A stretch of DNA of 64,000 nucleotides from Octopus vulgaris (Eukaryota): assembly GCA_951406725.2 (NCBI GenBank), contig OX597832.1:37572001-37636000 (forward strand), read 5' to 3'. Under the pieces are notes generated by a model that was given only the letters and a program-made list of their open reading frames with translations, was not told where the DNA came from and ran no database searches. Positions 57,400 to 64,000 of this stretch are shown here, piece by piece. A program made the position numbers and the translations under genes. How positions within the stretch are numbered: the stretch's first letter is position 1; every line of letters starts with the position of its first letter.

Positions 57400-57538
57400 T
57401 TCTTCTTCTTCTTCTTCTTCTTCTTCTTCTTCTTCTTCTTCTTCTTCTTCTTCTTCTTCTTCTTCTTCTTCTTCTTCTTCTTCTTCTTCTTCTTCTTCTT
57501 CTTCTTCTTCTTCTTCTTCTTCTTCTTCTTCTTCTTCT
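57400..57538. repeat. Pure (TTC)n tract
   Basis: Directly visible. Confidence 0.95.
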
Positions 57539-57838
57539 GTTACCTCAACATATCGTGTCATTGTTTTTTTGTTTTCCCTTTGCCAAACAGTGTGTGTGTG
57601 TGTGTGTGTGTGCATGTGTGTATTTGTGTGTATGTGTGTGTGTGTGTGTGTGTGTGTATACGCGTGTGTGCCTTCATGTATGTAAACATAAGTGAGATAA
57701 AAGACACGTATGTAGATATGCTATGGTTTAAGCATGATTATATATCCTCTCTCCCTCACTTTCTCTCTGTCACACACACACACACACACACACTCACACA
57801 TACCTCGCACACATACACATATCTATATACAGAGAGAG

Positions 57839-57881
<43 letters not shown>

Positions 57882-57953
57882 CAGGTTATTGATTGAAAAA
57901 GGAAAATTAAAATAATGTAAAAGTATAAAAGTATATGTTATATGTATGTGTAT

Positions 57954-58198
57954 GTATTGTACGATTCAAATATGGTGATTCCTTTTTAATGCAGAATTTC
58001 CATTAGAACAGCAGAAACGCTGGGTAAACTACCCTTTAAAAAAGCGGAAAAAAATCTGCCAACAAATAACCATGGAAGTCGAACCCGTTACCCTCAACTC
58101 TCCGGCAGAGTGCTTGACCGTTAAGCTTGTTGGTTCGAGCTGTTCTAATGGAAATTCTGCATTCGAAGCAATATTACCTTGCTTGTATCGTACAATAC
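57954..58198 (-). mobile_element. Inverted-repeat-enclosed tRNA-like cassette
   Basis: Perfect 25-bp arms 57988-58012 and 58139-58163, plus outer 12-bp arms. Loop contains AGCTTAACGG (A-box-like), GGTTCGACTTC (B-box-like) and a T7 run on the minus strand. Confidence 0.7.
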
Positions 58199-58212
58199 AC
58201 GTATAAAGATGA

Positions 58213-58668
58213 CCTACAGCAAATATTCTGCTCAATACCACAGATTTGTCTGTCAGTTGTTTGACCTTAACCAGTTGAGCAGGTCTCTTAGTGGCTGACG
58301 ATAAGTGCATCTCTGATCACGAGCAGAAGTAGTGGGGGAGCATCTTGGCCGTGTCTTGAAAGGAATTCTTAGAGGTTTGAATAATTCACCTTTGGAAACA
58401 TGAGTGGTTCGTTCAACATCCTTAAACAACCCTTATTCAGGGACCTTTTGAGTGGAATGGGCTACTCAACCAGAAGAAAATTCTAACTGGGTCCCACCTG
58501 CAAGGTCATGTGCTGTTTATTTTGACATCAGATCACCATGCCGCGCACATATGGTTGTGATGCATGTGCCTGGTGTACACTTATCAGATGGGTAGTCATG
58601 ATGGGTATACTGGGCTTCGTATATTTAACCCCAGTGTCACTTTGATGGCATGCACTGCTCTCTCACTC

Positions 58669-58700
<32 letters not shown>
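58213..58700 (+). repeat. Probable retroposon with a (TAA)n tail
   Basis: ~460 bp of complex non-coding sequence ending ctctctcactcaa(taa)n. Family not identified. Confidence 0.45.
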
Positions 58701-58742
<42 letters not shown>

Positions 58743-58780
58743 ATCCAACCTGAAGCGAACGTACATATTATTTCTAGTAT

Positions 58781-58967
58781 TAGAATCGTTAGCATGCCGA
58801 GCGAAATACTTAGCGTTATATCGTCTGCCGCTAAGTTCAGAGTTCAAGTGGACTTTGCCTCTCATCCTTTCGGGGTAGATAAACTAAGTTACTGGTTACG
58901 CACCGGGGTCGATTTAATCGACTATCCCCCTCCTCCAAATTTCAGGATTGTGCCTTTAGTAGAAAGG

Positions 58968-58968
<1 letters not shown>
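58781..58968 (+). mobile_element. SINE family B
   Basis: Head and central domain match, (ATT)n tail. Confidence 0.7.
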
Positions 58969-59039
<71 letters not shown>

Positions 59040-59368
59040 TTCTCCAATCATTTGTGCTTAATTAATAATTCACATCCCTACTCCAGCGCCATATTTGTTC
59101 GTTAGTTTTCATTTTCCCATCTTGCGTTACACACACACACACACACACATACACACAGAAACGCTGCTACACAATCACGTATATTTACCTCACACCTACC
59201 CTCACCTTTTTTCTTTCTATTTTCTCACACAGATCCAGTAAATATGAGGGGTCGGGTGTTGTCCGGCAGCTTCGCAGTTTTATAAATAATGTCTATATGT
59301 AAGAAGAGAAGAAACTTACGTTATCTTAAATTACATTAGAAACTCATGACTGAAATTAAACGATATAT

Positions 59369-59443
<75 letters not shown>

Positions 59444-60041
59444 TTTGTGTGTGCATGAATACGACGTACGCATACATATAGACGTCTATTCGGTATTGTG
59501 CCTTAACATCCATCATGAAATTCGTTGCATCTCTGATTGATGAATATTCTGCACTTCATTGTAATTGTTATAGTTGTTGTTGTTGTTGTTGATGTTCATG
59601 CTGATGTAGCTGTTGTTGTTGTTGTAGTTTATAAAGTGGCTGTCACGTCTGTCTGTTCGCTAGTCCAGCGATCAATCTCTCGCAATCGTTTTGTTTAAAG
59701 ACGAAACTGATACGACTCGCCGTGTTATATACATCGCTTTTATTTTCTTTCCCACCATTTACATCAAGAAAGCAAGCACGTCTCAGGACAAATGTCAGCT
59801 CTTTCACACACACACACACACACACAACACACACATACAGTATAACGGGCACACACAAACACTGAGTAATGCTCACATATACATACACATTCGTATAATA
59901 GATGTGAGCTACTCGTTTTTTAAAATCACAGATTACCGGTATAGGTGTAAGGAGATTACATGGAAGTGAATAAAAAGTGAGAGCTTAGTACTAATGGAGT
60001 CCAGTATTTATTAGTTGACACCGCTGTGTAATTCATATATA

Positions 60042-60765
60042 CAGGGTGGTCACTAAAAAATCGGAAAAATCGTGAAATGCCAATTTATATTTTCACAAGA
60101 TCCACTTGAGGTAAACAATAAGCGTCACAAGGCATGATGTCATATTAACACTCACAAACTGTTCAAACTGTTCGATGACAGAAGCAACGAATCAGAAACC
60201 ACCAATCACACAGTTTATTGATAGTTTAATTAATGCTTGTTCATCATCATTGTTCGACCGTGGTCGAGACAATGGAATTTACTATGATACGCCAGACTTC
60301 ATGGTCCATCATAGCATTACGGAGGTCCTGTTGCTGGATGCCTGTATCCCTGGAGATTACATCAGGGTAGGAGAGTGTGCGCCCTCTGGTTTTGCGAGCA
60401 TATGGCTTCCAGAGGAGAAGAGTAGAAATTACCTCGTTTTCAGCTACTCTTTTACCTTTCACAAGAGATGACACAGGTGGTAGTTTCCCATATATTTGTA
60501 CTTTGGTTGGATGACGCTTGTATCCCTGGAGATTACATCAGGGTAGGAGAGTGTGCGCCCTCTGGTATTGCGAGCAGATGGCTTCCAGAGGAGAAGAGTA
60601 GAAATTACCTCTTTTTCAGCTCTACAACAATGTCCAGCAAACTGGACTCTTCTACTTTTCACAAGAGATGACACCGGTGGTAATTTCCCATATATTTGTA
60701 CTTTGGTTGGATGACGCTTGTTAGTTTTGCCTTCAAATTTTCCAATTTTACTAGCGACCATCCTG
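60042..60765. mobile_element. Tc1/mariner-type MITE hosting the RTE fragment
   Basis: Left end TA|CAGGGTGGTCACTAAAAAATCGGAAAAAT. Right end reverse complement TA|CAGGATGGTCGCTAGTAAAATTGGAAAAT. TA target duplication. Confidence 0.7.
60241..60720 (-). mobile_element. 5'-truncated RTE-type LINE 3' end with an internal tandem duplication
   Basis: RHPTKVQIYGKLPPVSSLVKSRRVQFAGHCCRA...LLLWKP...RGRTLSYPDVISRDTG...LRNAMMDHEVWR. (TGA)n tail. Possible TSD gcttgtt on both sides. Confidence 0.8.
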
Positions 60766-61322
60766 TATGTGATCAGAGAAGCTGAAGAATATATTTAAGG
60801 AGAGCTTCAATGTATTGAATGAAAATGTAATAAGTGACAGACCGCATATTAACTACTCTTCTTGGGAAACCGATCTAGCTTCGTTTCGCAATCTGTAGAG
60901 CAGATCAGTCGCCATATAAACCAATCATGAGTTAAGCTTACATCGTAATGGATAGCTTAATTTGCATATTTGTGCCTTCGTTAACTAAACAATATCTATG
61001 TATGCACAACACAAGTGTAAATCGGACTCATATAAAATAAAATATCATAAAGCCTAACTATGGGTTGAATAAAGCTGTAAATGCATTCTTTCTTTACTAT
61101 TAACATGCGGTGGGAAAAAAAGGGGGAATGGCTCTCCCGACGGGCCCTTTCATAATCGATGTTATCAGTTGAGGAATGAACCCAGGTATATGCGTCCGAG
61201 ATACGTGTGTGCTCAATACGTGACATAATCTTCATGCAAAGTTGAAATTCGAATAACAGCCACGTTAAACTCCTACACACGTATAATGCTATCAATGGAG
61301 CATAGTGTAGATTAGGGCTCTA

Positions 61323-61465
61323 AGGCGGTGAGCTGGCAGAATCATTAGCATACTGGTCAAAATGCTTGTCAGCATTTCAATCGTCTTTACGTTCTGAGTT
61401 CAAATTCGACTTTGCTTTTCATCCCCTTCGTGGTCGATAAAACAAGTACCTACTGAGCACTGGCA
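61323..61465 (+). mobile_element. SINE family B
   Basis: Head and central domain match. Confidence 0.7.
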
Positions 61466-62510
61466 GTCAATGTTCTTGATGGGCTTTCTCATGAGATTAT
61501 TCTATGAATCCGCTCTCAGTTTCGAGTAATGCTTCCATGCGGGACCCCGGAATCATTGTTAAATTTGCCTGTATTTTTCATAGTTCATGTTGCCGTAGTT
61601 ACCGCAATTGCTGTAGTTTTGTTGTAGTTGTTATAATAACTATTGCAACTGTTGCTGTCGTAGTGTTTAGTTGTCATTGCAGTTACTGTTGTTGTTGTTG
61701 TTGTCTCACCTCAGATCCTCCCTGATCATGCTAACATTATGATGGCCACCCCATCTTTTTGGCCGAGCATTATCCAGGTATGTCCTTTCATTTTATTTGT
61801 TACCTATCGAGGCAGCCGGCTGTACTTGAAAGTGATTTAGCAGCTATTTCTAGGAGGTTGAGTGATCCCACAGAAGTTACCAAGTTGGTGCGACTGAGCA
61901 AGAGCAGCCGCAACAGCAGCAGTAGTGGCAGCATCAGTAGTAGTAGTAGTAGTAATAGTAGTAGTAGTAGTAGTAGTAGTGGTTTTGATGGTGTTGGTGG
62001 TGGTGTTGGTAATAGTAGTAACGGTGGTGGTGGTGGTAATTGTATTGGTAGTAGTAGTGGTGATGGTGGTGGTAGTGGTAGTAGTTGTAGTAGTAGTGGT
62101 GGTGGTGGTGGTGGTTGTAGTAGTGGTAGTAGTTGTAGTAGTAGTGGTGATGGTGGTGGTAGTTTTAGTAGTAGTGGTGGTTGTGGTGACGGCAGTAGTG
62201 GTGGTGGATTACTTCCTATTTGACTTAATATGTTTATCTACTTGACCCTGTCCATTAAGTAAATACACACATTAAGTAGTAATAACCCCCGTCTCGACCC
62301 CCCAACCACAACTCCACACTCTCGCACTAGAGCCACCCCCATTACCACTGCTACACCATCACCACCACCACCGTCACCACCGCCATCAACCCGCTTTACA
62401 GACAATTGCAAATACCTCGGGTATATGAAAGGGATTTGTATATCGAGTGAAGTCTTTATACGGACGAGACGTGTTAAACACGGGATTAAGTTGAACAACA
62501 ACAAATACAG

Positions 62511-62564
<54 letters not shown>

Positions 62565-62869
62565 TTCTTTCTCTCACACACACAGACACGCGCGCGCAAA
62601 TACACTCACGTGCACACACAGGCACGGCGTACCCGTACACATAACCGCAACAAACACACGGACAGATGTAGGTGTCAATGAATTAGAAATAATTTATGAT
62701 CTTCACCGCCATCACAGGCAACCTTTATAAAGGTGCTTGGCTGAGATCAGAGTGATAGGGTAGTGGTGGTGGTGGTGAAGATAGTAGTCGTAGTGGAAGT
62801 ATTGAGGGTGCAGTAGTGATGATGGTGGTGGTGGTGGTGGTGGTAGTAGTAATAGTAGCAGTAGCCGCC

Positions 62870-62900
<31 letters not shown>

Positions 62901-63119
62901 TAGTAGCAGTAGCAGTAGCAGTGGTGGTGGTGGTAGTGGTGCTTCTAGGGTACTTAATGGTGTAATGACGGCGATAGAGTGGTGAGAGATTTATGAGTCT
63001 TAATCTCTCACTAACCAGCCAACCAGCCAACCAACCAGCCAACCAGCCAGCTGACCCCTACACATCCCATTGTTTCTACTCGATGCAAGACATTTATAAG
63101 TAATAATTACTCCTAATTA

Positions 63120-63737
63120 AGGTGCAAGACCAGCAGTTTTGAGGGAAGGGATTTAATCAGTTACATTGACTCCAATAGTCAACTGGTTCTTCATTTTATC
63201 GACCTTGGGTGAATGAAAAGCAAAGATGACTTCAGCCAGGTTCAATTTCCAAATGTAAAGAGCCTGAGCAGCTACCGCAAAGCATTTTGTCTGATGCTGT
63301 CAAACTTCGCTGCCAACCCACCGCTTTTCCTAAGCAACAATCCTTTCCGTTATAGGCACAATGTCTGCAATTTGTGGGGAGCGGGCTAGTTGATCCTCGA
63401 CCCCAGTATTTGACTGGTACTTATTTTTTCGATCTTGAAAGGATGAACGGCAAAGTCGACTTCAGCGGAAATTGAACTCAGAATGTAAAGACGGGCGAAA
63501 TACGTATTTCTTTACTACCCACAACGGGGCTAAACACAGAGAGGACAAACAAGGACAGACGAACGGATTAAGTCGATTACATCGACCCCAGTGCGTAACT
63601 GGTACTTATTTAATCGACCCCGAAAGGATGAAAGGCAAAGTCTACCTCGGCGGAATTTGAACTCAGAACATAGGCACGGACGAAATACTGCTAAGCATTT
63701 TGCCCGGCGTGCTAACGATTCTGCCAGCTCGCCGCCA
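63120..63737 (-). mobile_element. Cluster of SINE family B copies including a head-to-tail dimer
   Basis: Full copy 63504-63737, body copy 63350-63503, diverged copy 63120-63328. Confidence 0.8.
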
Positions 63738-64000
63738 TCCTTAAATGAAAATAAAATATCAAATAAAAACAATCCTACAGAATGGATAGAATGAGTACTT
63801 TATTAATTCGAATATTACCAGCTGGAGAATAACAAGAGAATACGGTGTTTAGAGATAACGTTTTCCTTTCTTTTCGGTTCTGAGTTCAAACGCCGCCGAG
63901 GCTTACTTATACGTATATTCTTAACGGCCGAGAAAACATGTATGACTTTGATGGTATTGTCTCTGATTTTTCTGTCTTACTGAGTATTGGTTATGTAACG

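Overview
Repeat-dense, AT-rich eukaryotic DNA with no intact protein-coding gene that I can support. The microsatellite load and SINE families resemble an octopus or other coleoid cephalopod genome (inference). Almost all listed ORFs are translations of microsatellites. Recognisable content includes many tRNA-derived SINE copies from at least five families, decayed LINEs (CR1-like RT, Dong/R4-like endonuclease end, RTE 3' end) and DNA transposon remnants (mariner, Chapaev3-like, a Tc1/mariner MITE). The most striking signal is at ~49.8-50.6 kb: two tandem type I hammerhead ribozymes with predicted cleavage sites 355 nt apart. One has an intact core and a long bulged helix I, and the pair is preceded by an inverted partial copy of the same unit, a retrozyme or Penelope-like architecture. 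A second recurring pattern is three tRNA-like cassettes (~1.1, 49.4, 58.1 kb), each followed by a T6-7-CC(C)G motif and each accompanied by an inverted copy of its own sequence. All calls were made by eye; repeat boundaries are approximate.
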